IMG/VR virus record: IMGVR_UViG_3300011441_000019
Coordinates: 1-42,394 of that record
DNA length: 42,394 nucleotides
Origin: a virus
Lineage: Duplodnaviria; Caudoviricetes
Strand: one strand, 5' to 3'
Shown: positions 26,538 to 34,782 of the stretch, piece after piece
How positions within the stretch are numbered: position 1 is the stretch's first letter
Layout: each line of letters begins with the position of its first letter
Program-made: the position numbers and the translations under genes
The notes under the pieces: generated by a model
Told to the model about the DNA's origin: nothing
The model's input: the letters and a program-made list of their open reading frames with translations, nothing else
The model's database searches: none

Positions 26538-27137
26538 ATGGCGCTGCTGACGTTGTTTTATGAGGCCACGTCCAAGTCGCTGGCCGCGGCGCGCAATCTC
26601 CCGCTCGGGTACCAGCTCCCGGCGTTGCGGCAGGAGGATATCGTGTCGCTCGAGCTTTCGATCCTCAAAAGCATCAGCGAATTTTCCCAGACCCCGAATG
26701 AGCTGGTGAATCTCACCGGTTATTCGGCGCGCGTGTCCCTCGGGACGGCGGCCAGCGTGCTGGCTTCGCAGAACACGTTCACCATCGATGCAACGGCGAC
26801 GAAGCTGACCGGCCTGCTGAACTTGAACACGGCCGGCGTCAATGCGCTGACGGATCGGCAGTCGGGGATTTATTTGGAGCTGCTGTTCACGGAGCCCGGC
26901 GGAGGCATCTCGGGGCAGCGGTTCCCGGTGTTCATCGAGAAGGCGGTGTTTATGTCGGGCACGGTGGTGGCGCCGCCGAGCGATGTGGCGCTGGGCCGGC
27001 TGGAGGCGCAGCGCACTTACGTGGCCAAGGAGGGCGCGGCCGGAGAGGCGCAGATTTTTACGAGCGCCGATGGCCTGAAGAAGATCATCAAGTACGCGCA
27101 TAACGACGGTTCGATGCGGGAGGAGCCGATTTCATGA
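26538..27137 (+). CDS. Putative fibre adaptor (BppU-like N-domain)
   Basis: Ig-like pattern (VNLTGYSARVSLG...GLLNLNT...YLELLF) before the fibre gene. Confidence 0.5.
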   Translation: MALLTLFYEATSKSLAAARNLPLGYQLPALRQEDIVSLELSILKSISEFSQTPNELVNLTGYSARVSLGTAASVLASQNTFTIDATATKLTGLLNLNTAGVNALTDRQSGIYLELLFTEPGGGISGQRFPVFIEKAVFMSGTVVAPPSDVALGRLEAQRTYVAKEGAAGEAQIFTSADGLKKIIKYAHNDGSMREEPIS

Positions 27138-27433
27138 ACCCCACGCCGGAACAATGCCAGGCGCTCATTGAGGCGCTGGCTCCATTTGAATCGCCGTATG
27201 TGCTGACGCCGGACGAAGAGGTCTGTCTGAATATCCTCCGCGAGGCGGCCCAGAAGATCGCCGCGGGCGAGGACCTGGTGCCGCCGGTCGAGGGGCAGAC
27301 GCACAAGTTGCGGCTGTGGCGGCGGGTGAGTGTGGCGTTCATCCATCCCGAGGCGCCTCGGGCGCGCCAGGTCACGGCGCCGGATGGCCGGAGCCCGGCA
27401 GCCCAGGGATTGACCTTGGAGCCCCGCAAATGA
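27134..27433 (+). CDS. Hypothetical protein
   Basis: 99 aa with ATGA overlaps at both ends. Confidence 0.55.
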   Translation: MNPTPEQCQALIEALAPFESPYVLTPDEEVCLNILREAAQKIAAGEDLVPPVEGQTHKLRLWRRVSVAFIHPEAPRARQVTAPDGRSPAAQGLTLEPRK

Positions 27434-29754
27434 AGACGTTTTTCCTGTTGTTCCTGGCTGCGTCGCTGCCGGCAGCCGGCGCGGAATTGATCACGGCGAC
27501 CATCACGATCACCAACACGCCGTCCGGGCTGACCTCGAATCTCACGGTGAACGGGACGGCCACGCGCTATTGGACGAATGACATCACCAGCTCGCCGGGC
27601 ACGCTCATCCAGCAGACGAACAACCCTTCCAACTCGGCCACGCAGCTCATCAATCATCTGACGGCTTACCCGGCGGTGTCGGGGCATTATCTTTACCAGA
27701 CGACGCCGACCAACGTGTTGATCCGCGGGCGGGTCGGAGAGGTGATGGCGGTGACCATCGCGGGCGGGTGGGCGTTCGTGACGTACAGCACGCAGCAGGT
27801 GTCCACGCCCACGTTCGTGGTGCGGATGCCGTTGACGGTGGAGGCGAACACGAACCAGACGAATATCGCGAGCAGCCTGGTGCGCGGGATGTCGGATTCG
27901 AGCACGAACAGCTTCTCGACGAATGCCGTCGCCACTACCCATTTCCTGACGAAGGGAGCGAGCGCGTTGCAGACGGTGACTGCGCCGGTCTCTCTTCAGC
28001 AGCTCACGAATTCGACGAACAAGGGCACGATCACGGGCGGCACTTATACCAACGCGGCCCTGGACAATCCGACCTCGACGAATCTTGTCAATCGAGGCAA
28101 CGCCATCCGGAGCGAGGGGAGCGGCGGGAACAGCCTGCAAGTCGGCAGCAACGCCGTTGCACTCGGGTCCAGAAGCGTCGCCATGGGCAACTCCTCGATT
28201 GCCACGAACGCGGACACCATTGCCATTGGCACCTCGGCCCGCGCCACCAACGACAACAGCACCGCCGTGGGAAATTCCTCCCAAGCCGTCGGCAACAACT
28301 CATCGGCCTACGGTTACAATTCTGTTGCCACCGGAGCAGACACCGCCGCGTTGGGCAATGGCGCCAGCGCCCTGGGCGCCAGCGTCACGGCCGTGGGCAG
28401 CGGCGCCTCCGGCAACAGCTATCAGGCAACCGCGCTCGGCAACACTGCCGAAGCCAACGCCATCGGAGCCATCGCACTTGGTGCCGGCGCCATCGCTGGC
28501 CACAGCAACTCTGTGGCGCTCGGAACCTCTTCCGCCACCACCACCACCAACCAAGTCCGCCTCGGCAGCTCCACCACGCTCTCCGTTCCATTCGCCGCGG
28601 AACTCGCGAACGCCCGCAACCTCAACGCCGTCGGCACCAATCTTTTTCACGGCGTCGTCGCCTACGACACGGAGCTGACCGTCTCGTCCGTCGCGGCCGG
28701 CCACAACGTCATCGACTCCTCGACGAACACTGTCCTTTACCTCACCGGTTCTCCTGGCGCGGCGTGGACCTTGGGCGGCTTCACCGGGGCCAAGAACGAC
28801 GGACGCATCCTCAAGGTGTTCAATCAAACCGGATTCGACGTGACGATCTTCAACGAGAGCGGCACGGCCCCGACCGCTTCAGATCGCATCCTGACCTACG
28901 CCGGCGCTGGCGGTGTGACGAACGTCCTCGTCACCGGCAATGGCTACATGGAGTTCAGCTACTCCACCGCCGTCAATCGCTGGCTGCTTGTCGCGCCCTC
29001 CGTGGACGTCACCGCCGTGGCCACCAACTCCGTCGCCAACGTGGACGGCTCCGCGACGAACCTCAACACCTACGCCAGCGCGGGCAATAAAGTGCCCCTC
29101 ACCGTCAACGGCTTCATCGGCGCTGGCACGAACCATTTCCAGGTCCTCAACTCCAACGGCGTCCCGGTCCTGAGCGTGCGCAGCAACGGAACCACCGTCC
29201 ACAGCAACATCACGATCACTCCATTCGGCCCCGAGATCGGCGTGCCTCATCGGCTCGTCACCTTCACCAACGAAGTGACAGTGACCAACACCACCAGCGA
29301 GACCTCTCTCATTTCCGGCGTCGGCTGGGGCACTTACACCATCCCGGCCAACTACCTCTCGCCAGCCATGACGGTGCAGTTCAAATTCTGGGGCAAGCTC
29401 AACACCGATGGTGCCGTGCCCAACCACGTCCTCTCCCTCAAACTCGGAAGCACCGTCATCGCCACAAACCTCGGCACATTCACCGTCAACCTAAGCAACG
29501 ATTCCTGGCAGTTCGATGGTGCGTTTACCTGCCGGCTCACCGGCGCCAGCGGTTCTGTCAAAGCGCAGGGTCAATTCGCCACCAGCGCCGCCCTCGGCGG
29601 GCTCTCCACCAGCCGCACCTTGAAAATGGGCATCACGTATGACGCCGTGACCATCGACACGACCGCGGCGCAGACCATCGACTTCACGCTCGCCCCAGGC
29701 GACGCCCAGACCGGCATAACCACGACCGGCGGATTCATCATGGTCATACCCTGA
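27430..29754 (+). CDS. Tail fibre/adhesin with YadA-head-like repeats and Sec signal peptide
   Basis: MKTFFLLFLAASLPAAGA|E; about nine 14-aa S/T-x-A-[ILVM]-G repeats; no aromatic-ended autotransporter barrel at the C-terminus. Confidence 0.8.
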   Translation: MKTFFLLFLAASLPAAGAELITATITITNTPSGLTSNLTVNGTATRYWTNDITSSPGTLIQQTNNPSNSATQLINHLTAYPAVSGHYLYQTTPTNVLIRGRVGEVMAVTIAGGWAFVTYSTQQVSTPTFVVRMPLTVEANTNQTNIASSLVRGMSDSSTNSFSTNAVATTHFLTKGASALQTVTAPVSLQQLTNSTNKGTITGGTYTNAALDNPTSTNLVNRGNAIRSEGSGGNSLQVGSNAVALGSRSVAMGNSSIATNADTIAIGTSARATNDNSTAVGNSSQAVGNNSSAYGYNSVATGADTAALGNGASALGASVTAVGSGASGNSYQATALGNTAEANAIGAIALGAGAIAGHSNSVALGTSSATTTTNQVRLGSSTTLSVPFAAELANARNLNAVGTNLFHGVVAYDTELTVSSVAAGHNVIDSSTNTVLYLTGSPGAAWTLGGFTGAKNDGRILKVFNQTGFDVTIFNESGTAPTASDRILTYAGAGGVTNVLVTGNGYMEFSYSTAVNRWLLVAPSVDVTAVATNSVANVDGSATNLNTYASAGNKVPLTVNGFIGAGTNHFQVLNSNGVPVLSVRSNGTTVHSNITITPFGPEIGVPHRLVTFTNEVTVTNTTSETSLISGVGWGTYTIPANYLSPAMTVQFKFWGKLNTDGAVPNHVLSLKLGSTVIATNLGTFTVNLSNDSWQFDGAFTCRLTGASGSVKAQGQFATSAALGGLSTSRTLKMGITYDAVTIDTTAAQTIDFTLAPGDAQTGITTTGGFIMVIP

Positions 29755-30104
29755 CGGTCGTGTGGGCCGCCCTACTGATCTACCCAGTGGAGTTCCGCGT
29801 GACGGAACTTGCCGGCGGAATGGTGGCCCATGACGGGCTCGATATCGGGAAATTCAGTCCCAACTGTCCGCGATCGATGAATGCGCGCATTTCGCGGCGG
29901 GCGGCCAGGATGTCCGCGAGAGGCGTTCTCCAAGGCAGGGCAACCGTCGCGATGCCATCTTTTCCGGGAGCAGTTATTGCGTTGTGAACGTCGGGTAGTG
30001 GCTCAGTTTGAAATTCCGGCTGGCAAACTTGTGACCGCAATATCTTGCAATGTAACTGGAAGGTGGAAGTCTCCTCGCACGTTCCGATACCCTCGGGGCC
30101 ATGA

Positions 30105-30156
30105 GCGGGCCGCGTGATAGTCTGCTAAGATTATCAATCACGCGGCCCGTTTTATT
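30105..30156 (+). terminator. Long hairpin with T tract inside MITE
   Basis: GCGGGCCGCGTGAT...ATCACGCGGCCCGT-TTATTT, 14-bp stem. Confidence 0.65.
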
Positions 30157-30257
30157 TGATCGCGCTGGCGTTACGGCCCGCGGGAAAAGTGGCTATTATC
30201 GGCGCGCCCTTTCATAAACCTATTACAATCATAGAATCTGGATGGGATGATTTGTAA

Positions 30258-30286
30258 TTGACTTGCTAACAGGCAATACCGATGAT
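30258..30286 (+). promoter_or_regulatory. sigma70-like promoter inside MITE
   Basis: TTGACT-N17-GATGAT. Confidence 0.55.
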
Positions 30287-30292
30287 GTTCAC

Positions 30293-30362
30293 ACAAGACC
30301 GTTACGCCCGTAGGCGGGCAACTATCTGCCCCGCCGTGGCCTTGTGCCACGCGGGGCTTTTT
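30293..30362 (+). ncRNA. Putative short structured leader RNA ending in terminator
   Basis: Hairpin GCCCG-tagg-CGGGC, then GCCCCGCCGTGGC-cttgt-GCCACGCGGGGC-TTTTT. Confidence 0.45.
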
Positions 30363-30367
30363 ACTGA

Positions 30368-30427
30368 ATGAAAAAGAAGGTTGCTCTCCTCATAGATGGC
30401 GAATGGTTCAGGCGGCGACCTTGTTAG
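30368..30427 (+). pseudogene. N-terminal fragment of NYN/PIN (LabA-DUF88-like) nuclease
   Basis: MKKKVALLIDGEWFRRRPC*; matches first-strand K-x-A-h-h-I-D-G motif, then stops. Confidence 0.55.
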
Positions 30428-30920
30428 GAGAATTATCCCCGTCGTTTGATTTCCCTGAATTTCAAACTGAGCCACTACCGAACGTCGCGCAGGGCTTGGC
30501 TTACTTCCCTCTCGCGTAACTTGCCCTCTTCTTCTTCTTTCTGATCTAGGGGCGCATCGAGTTCCGCGGCGCGTAACTTGGCCGCGTCCGGGCTATTGGT
30601 TATTTGGAAAAGATCGGGCTGGTCGACAGCAGGGTTCCCTTTTGTGGAACTCGGCGGACCATGCCGCACCTATTCACGGCGTTCGGACGCGGGAAATCGT
30701 CGGCCAGCCTGCCCCGTTGCGCGTATAGGCCCACCATCAAAAAGAAATCTATTCGAGCAGGGGCGGCGGCGTAGAGCTTCGCTTCTTCGAGGTTTTTTCG
30801 TGAGAGCGGCCCAAAACAAAAAAACGCGCAGTTCGCGACTGTTCGCGACTCTGGACGAGGTAAATCGACGGTCAGCCTGGTGCCGCTGCGTTCGTAGCCG
30901 TTTGATACTCAAGCAAGGGG

Positions 30921-30947
30921 TGGGGTGACCGACGGGACTCGAACCCG
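30921..30947 (-). other. attP core = 3' end of tRNA (His-like)
   Basis: Minus strand CGGGTTCGAGTCCCGTCGGTCACCCCA: T-loop, acceptor 3' strand, C73 discriminator + CCA; 20 bp from integrase stop; no 5' tRNA half. Confidence 0.85.
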
Positions 30948-30966
30948 GTAGCTGGGCCGCCTTTTC

Positions 30967-32379
30967 CTAAGCTCTGCGCGCGGCGCCGCTGGTTCGCGAC
31001 TGATTCGCGACCGCGGAGGCGTCCGCCAAGAGCCTAAATTCCGGCTGGTGCAACTCGCAGGCCTCCGGCCCCAGGGCAAACCACGCCTCGGCATCCTGAT
31101 ACTTCGCCGTGCGATTCACGTAATGCACACGCGCCATCGTCGCAGAGTTTCCGGCCTGGCGGGCCACGTCCTCGAGGCTCACGCCGATCGCCTTCGCGTG
31201 CGAGCTCGCCGAGCGCCGCAGGACGTTATGCAGCCACGGCAGCCCGGCGCTGGCAGCCACGCGCCGGAGAAACTTGTGCATGTCCATGTACGGCGCGATG
31301 CGCTCGCGCAACCCGGCTCCCTTGGGACCGAACCGCGTCAGCCAGCGCCGGCAATTCTCCGGCAAAGCCACCACGCGCGGCCGCGGCTTTGACCTGCGTC
31401 CTTTGGCAATCTCCCCGCTGATTTCAATGAACCCGTGCTCCAGGTCCACGGCCGGCCATTCCAGCCGCTTCAACTCGGCGGCGCGGACCGCGGCGAACGC
31501 GCCGATCACCAGGTAAGGAATCAGCCGGCGATGCCGGTCCGTTTTGTCCGCCTCGCGTAAAAGCCGCTTCAACTCCTCCGCGCGCCAAATGTCCCGCATC
31601 TTCACGGCCACCACCGGCTTTTTCAGACCCTCCGCGGCGGCGCTCGCTTCACGTGACACCAACCCTTCGCTGGCGGCCCATTTGAAAAAGCCGACCAACG
31701 CCGTGCGGTAATTCACCAGCGTTTTATTCTCCAACGCACGACCCTCGACGCGCCGCGCCTTCAGCCAGGCCCAAATCTCCGCCGGGGCCCAATCACACAC
31801 CGGTCCAGGGAAGGCATCCGCCACACGCACCAGGCGATCCTCCAGATCCGTCCCGTGTGGGATGCCGATGGAATCCAGCCGGCGCTTGTCATCGAGGAAC
31901 CGCACGATCGCGGCGGCGCCATCCACGCGCTGCAACCGGCTCGAGTAACGCGCCACCGCATCCGCCCAGGCCCGCTCCTCGAACCCGCGCAACTCCGACA
32001 ACCCCGGCAGCCGGTCATGCGCGCGAAAGAACGCCTCCGTGCCACCGCGCAAACGCCGCAGCCCCTCCTCGGCATCGATGCCGAGTTTCGACAACGCCAG
32101 GCGCCACGCACGCCAGGCCAGCACCTCATGCTCGGGCAACACTGCCTCGTTGCCCCTCCGTTCATGCAACTCCTTCGCCTTCGCTTTGGCCCAGCTCCTG
32201 GCCTCCTCTTCGTTGGGGAACTCCTTGCGAAAAACTTTCGACACCACGCCCAGCCGGATCTGTCGCGGCGCGCCCTGCCAGCGCACCTGCCATTTTTGGT
32301 AAACCCGCCCCTTTTTGGAATACGCCCAACTAAACACCGGCAACTGCACATTGCCGTGCGACACGGGCCGATGCTTCAC
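30967..32379 (-). CDS. int: Tyrosine integrase
   Basis: AVRAAEL (R), IAKG (K), HNVLRR, AGNS, HY catalytic set; adjacent att core. Confidence 0.93.
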   Translation of the reverse strand: MKHRPVSHGNVQLPVFSWAYSKKGRVYQKWQVRWQGAPRQIRLGVVSKVFRKEFPNEEEARSWAKAKAKELHERRGNEAVLPEHEVLAWRAWRLALSKLGIDAEEGLRRLRGGTEAFFRAHDRLPGLSELRGFEERAWADAVARYSSRLQRVDGAAAIVRFLDDKRRLDSIGIPHGTDLEDRLVRVADAFPGPVCDWAPAEIWAWLKARRVEGRALENKTLVNYRTALVGFFKWAASEGLVSREASAAAEGLKKPVVAVKMRDIWRAEELKRLLREADKTDRHRRLIPYLVIGAFAAVRAAELKRLEWPAVDLEHGFIEISGEIAKGRRSKPRPRVVALPENCRRWLTRFGPKGAGLRERIAPYMDMHKFLRRVAASAGLPWLHNVLRRSASSHAKAIGVSLEDVARQAGNSATMARVHYVNRTAKYQDAEAWFALGPEACELHQPEFRLLADASAVANQSRTSGAARRA

Positions 32380-32855
32380 GGCTTAATCCTCAGCACCGGC
32401 GGCGCGTTGGACGCTCCCCGATCGTACGCCACCGCATTGATGACACCCTCCCCGATGCGAAACGCCATCGACGTGTCCAGCCGATAGACCAGCATCTCGA
32501 CGCCGAAGCTCCGTTCGCCGGGCCAATTGCGGACCGCCACCCATTGCCGTGGTCCGTAGCGCGAGATGGCTGGCTGCGACCAAATCGCCCAGCCATTCGT
32601 GCGATATTCAGGTCCGCCGCGAATCACCATCCACTGCGCCAACGCCTCCGGACGCCGATGAAATCTTTGCACCTCCGGCGTCAGCGCCATCCAGCTCAGC
32701 AACGGCGTCAAATCATAACGCTTGCCGCTCACGTAGCGCACCAGCGGCGCGTGCATCTCCTTCAAATACCCCAACCGCATCTCTGCCGGATCGGTCGGCG
32801 CCCCCGCGCTCGCGCAGACCACGACCAGCACCGCCCAAAATGCCAGGGCCTCACC
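32376..32855 (-). CDS. Putative exported protein (start uncertain)
   Basis: 3' part of ORF 32376..33167: ALAFWAVLVVVCASAG signal-like segment then a globular region; no in-frame ATG at the expected place. Confidence 0.5.
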   Translation of the reverse strand, partial: GEALAFWAVLVVVCASAGAPTDPAEMRLGYLKEMHAPLVRYVSGKRYDLTPLLSWMALTPEVQRFHRRPEALAQWMVIRGGPEYRTNGWAIWSQPAISRYGPRQWVAVRNWPGERSFGVEMLVYRLDTSMAFRIGEGVINAVAYDRGASNAPPVLRIKP

Positions 32856-33150
32856 ACTCCTCGATGAGCCCGCGGTAAAGGAACCCCTTCCACGGCCGGC
32901 CCAGCACCATGACCCAGCGCCACGAACCATCCGCGTGCAACAACCGGCAACTCCCCAGCAGCTCCGCCCCCCTGGGGAAAGTCCAAATCGCCAGGCGCAC
33001 TGCGCCATCGATGTCCTCCGGATGAATGCGGTCCACCCACTGATGAAACGCCACCCCGCGGAAATCACTCCCCAACCAACGGAGCAACGCGCCATTGGCG
33101 CACAACAGGCGACCCTCCGTGTCCGCCGTCCAGATGAGCTCGACGGCCAT
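32851..33150 (-). CDS. Stand-alone PAS domain protein
   Basis: IWTADTEG...N...LG, WVDRIHPED, RLLHADGSWRWV..GRP: canonical PAS/PAC motifs. Confidence 0.85.
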   Translation of the reverse strand: MAVELIWTADTEGRLLCANGALLRWLGSDFRGVAFHQWVDRIHPEDIDGAVRLAIWTFPRGAELLGSCRLLHADGSWRWVMVLGRPWKGFLYRGLIEEW

Positions 33151-33163
33151 GCCCTAAGATAAC

Positions 33164-33499
33164 TCATCGCTCACCCTCCGGCTTCGAGGGCGGGAACTTC
33201 CGCCGCATGTTTTCCGCCTTCTTTTTCTGCTCCGCCGGCGACCTTGGCACACCAGGCTTGCGAGTTTTCACATCCGCCCCTTTCTCAGAATCGCCACGCT
33301 CCGCCGCCTGCCCGAACTCCTGCGGCACATGCTCCCCGTACCTGGACTCGCGCAGATCGTCCCGGATCAAATGCGCCACGTAAGCCGAGAACGTCCGGTA
33401 CTGCGTGCCCTTACCCCAACGCCGCAACGTCGCCGCGTATAACTCGGGCTCCAGGCTGATCGTTTTGGTCGTATTGTCTCCAGTCGGGTTCGTGGGCAC
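33164..33499 (-). CDS. Ribbon-helix-helix repressor candidate
   Basis: TKTISLEPELY...TFSAYVAHLIRDDL; first gene of the integrase operon (GTG 33499; track start 33523). Confidence 0.7.
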   Translation of the reverse strand: MPTNPTGDNTTKTISLEPELYAATLRRWGKGTQYRTFSAYVAHLIRDDLRESRYGEHVPQEFGQAAERGDSEKGADVKTRKPGVPRSPAEQKKKAENMRRKFPPSKPEGER

Positions 33500-33550
33500 C
33501 CCGCGATGGTCCTGAAAAACCAAAACAAAAGCGAGCGTAAAATAAGAAAA

Positions 33551-33589
33551 CTTGTTGACACTTGTTAAGTCTTATGAAGACTTGACGAT
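33551..33589. promoter_or_regulatory. Divergent promoter/operator of genetic switch
   Basis: TTGACA 33555-60; inverted repeat GTTAAGTCTT-atg-AAGACTTGAC; CTT recurring every 10 bp four times. Confidence 0.75.
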
Positions 33590-33781
33590 ATGCCTAAAGT
33601 GAAACGGACGCCTCCCGAAAAGCCCAAAGCCGAAAACGTCACCAAAACCATCAGCCTCCCCGGCGACCTGGCCGGCGAAGCCGACCGCAAAGTGGCCCTC
33701 GACCCCGAACTGGACTTCTCGAAATACGTTCGTGGATTGATCCGGCGCGACCTCGCCGCCGACGACGAGAAAGCCGCCTGA
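33590..33781 (+). CDS. Ribbon-helix-helix Cro-analogue
   Basis: TKTISLPGDL...DFSKYVRGLIRRDL; first gene of the rightward early operon. Confidence 0.75.
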   Translation: MPKVKRTPPEKPKAENVTKTISLPGDLAGEADRKVALDPELDFSKYVRGLIRRDLAADDEKAA

Positions 33782-33794
33782 CCAACCAACCCCT

Positions 33795-33956
33795 ATGATC
33801 ACCACCCCTGAAGAATGGGCCATGCTCACCGACGCTCAACGCTACGAATTGCTCGTCGCCACCCAGATCGACCGCGACAACCTGCGCCTCCACGTCGCCG
33901 TGCTCAACGAACGCGCGGCCCGTGAGAAGGAGCCCGACCAATCCAAAGCCGCCTAA
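33795..33956 (+). CDS. 53-aa hypothetical protein (not in ORF track)
   Basis: MITTPEEWAMLTDAQRYELL...SKAA*; codon usage matches neighbours. Confidence 0.55.
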   Translation: MITTPEEWAMLTDAQRYELLVATQIDRDNLRLHVAVLNERAAREKEPDQSKAA

Positions 33957-33983
33957 GCCGGCGAGAACTTTTCCAAAGCCAAA

Positions 33984-34331
33984 ATGCACACGCGCCCACA
34001 GCGCCGCTCCCGTCCGCCCCGAACCGGCTGCCCGGCCCCGCGGGGAGCGACCCCGCAGGACGAATTCGGTCTGGTCCTCCGCCCCGAGCTCACCCTCCCC
34101 CAGCGCGCGCAACGCGCCTTCAACCTGTTCGGCTTCGGTCACGTGCTTCCCGCCACCAGTGAAGGCCGGGGCCACGGACGCACCCCCTACTTTTACCGGC
34201 TGATGGCCATCCGGTTCGCCCAGGATGCGCGGCATCCGCTCACCCGCTATCTGGCCAAAGGCGGGGAAAACGTGTTTGAACAACTCGCCCGCAGTTACCT
34301 CGCCACCTATCGCAAGATGAAAGGACTCTGA
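33984..34331 (+). CDS. Hypothetical protein
   Basis: 115 aa basic ORF in early operon. Confidence 0.55.
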   Translation: MHTRPQRRSRPPRTGCPAPRGATPQDEFGLVLRPELTLPQRAQRAFNLFGFGHVLPATSEGRGHGRTPYFYRLMAIRFAQDARHPLTRYLAKGGENVFEQLARSYLATYRKMKGL

Positions 34332-34332
34332 A

Positions 34333-34782
34333 ATGGCCACCTACGAAAAAGCCCCGCGTGAATTTGTCGATTTCGCCAACGCCATCCTCTGCGAATTCGA
34401 CACCCACAAGCGCCTCCTCGATGCCAAGGTCCGCGTTGATTACGTCTTCGCCCGCGCCAGCCTGGACAAATGGGGCGAGCCCAAAGGCCCGGCCATCATG
34501 CACCACGGCGTCCGCGCACTCGGCTACGCGCGCATCATCGGGCTCAAAGACCGCGCCATGGGCCGGGGCGATGCTGAGATCGTCATCGATGGCGATTGGT
34601 GGCTGAAAGCCAAACTGCCCGAGCAGAAAGCCCTGCTCGACCACGAGCTGCACCACATCAGCGTCCGCGAGACCGAAGCCCACATCATCAAACGCGACGA
34701 TCTGGATCGGCCCCTCCTGCAACTGCGCCCGCACGATTTCGAGTTCGGTCAATTCTACTGGCCGGACCTGTGCAAGAAATGA
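34333..34782 (+). CDS. Putative phage metallopeptidase
   Basis: ALLDHELHH (HExxH) and RPHDFE motifs. Confidence 0.8.
   Translation: MATYEKAPREFVDFANAILCEFDTHKRLLDAKVRVDYVFARASLDKWGEPKGPAIMHHGVRALGYARIIGLKDRAMGRGDAEIVIDGDWWLKAKLPEQKALLDHELHHISVRETEAHIIKRDDLDRPLLQLRPHDFEFGQFYWPDLCKK

Larger units (their letters stand above)
29994..30479. mobile_element. 486-bp non-autonomous element (MITE), IS1595-like ends
   Basis: 23-bp perfect TIR GGTAGTGGCTCAGTTTGAAATTC; 8-bp TSD GAACGTCG at 29986-29993 and 30480-30487; no transposase. Family call is from recalled TIR style and TSD length. Confidence 0.88.
29780..30669 (-). pseudogene. Hypothetical gene split by MITE insertion
   Basis: Removing 29994-30479 plus one TSD joins ...EREVSQALRDV to HNAITAPGKDG... 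in frame. Confidence 0.8.

Noticed and set aside
27430-29754. Classical trimeric autotransporter adhesin
   Set aside because: Has YadA-like head repeats and a signal peptide but ends GGFIMVIP with no recognisable anchor barrel or terminal aromatic residue.
30921-30990. Full tRNA gene
   Set aside because: Only the T-arm and acceptor 3' strand are present; upstream sequence runs into the integrase stop and cannot form D or anticodon arms.
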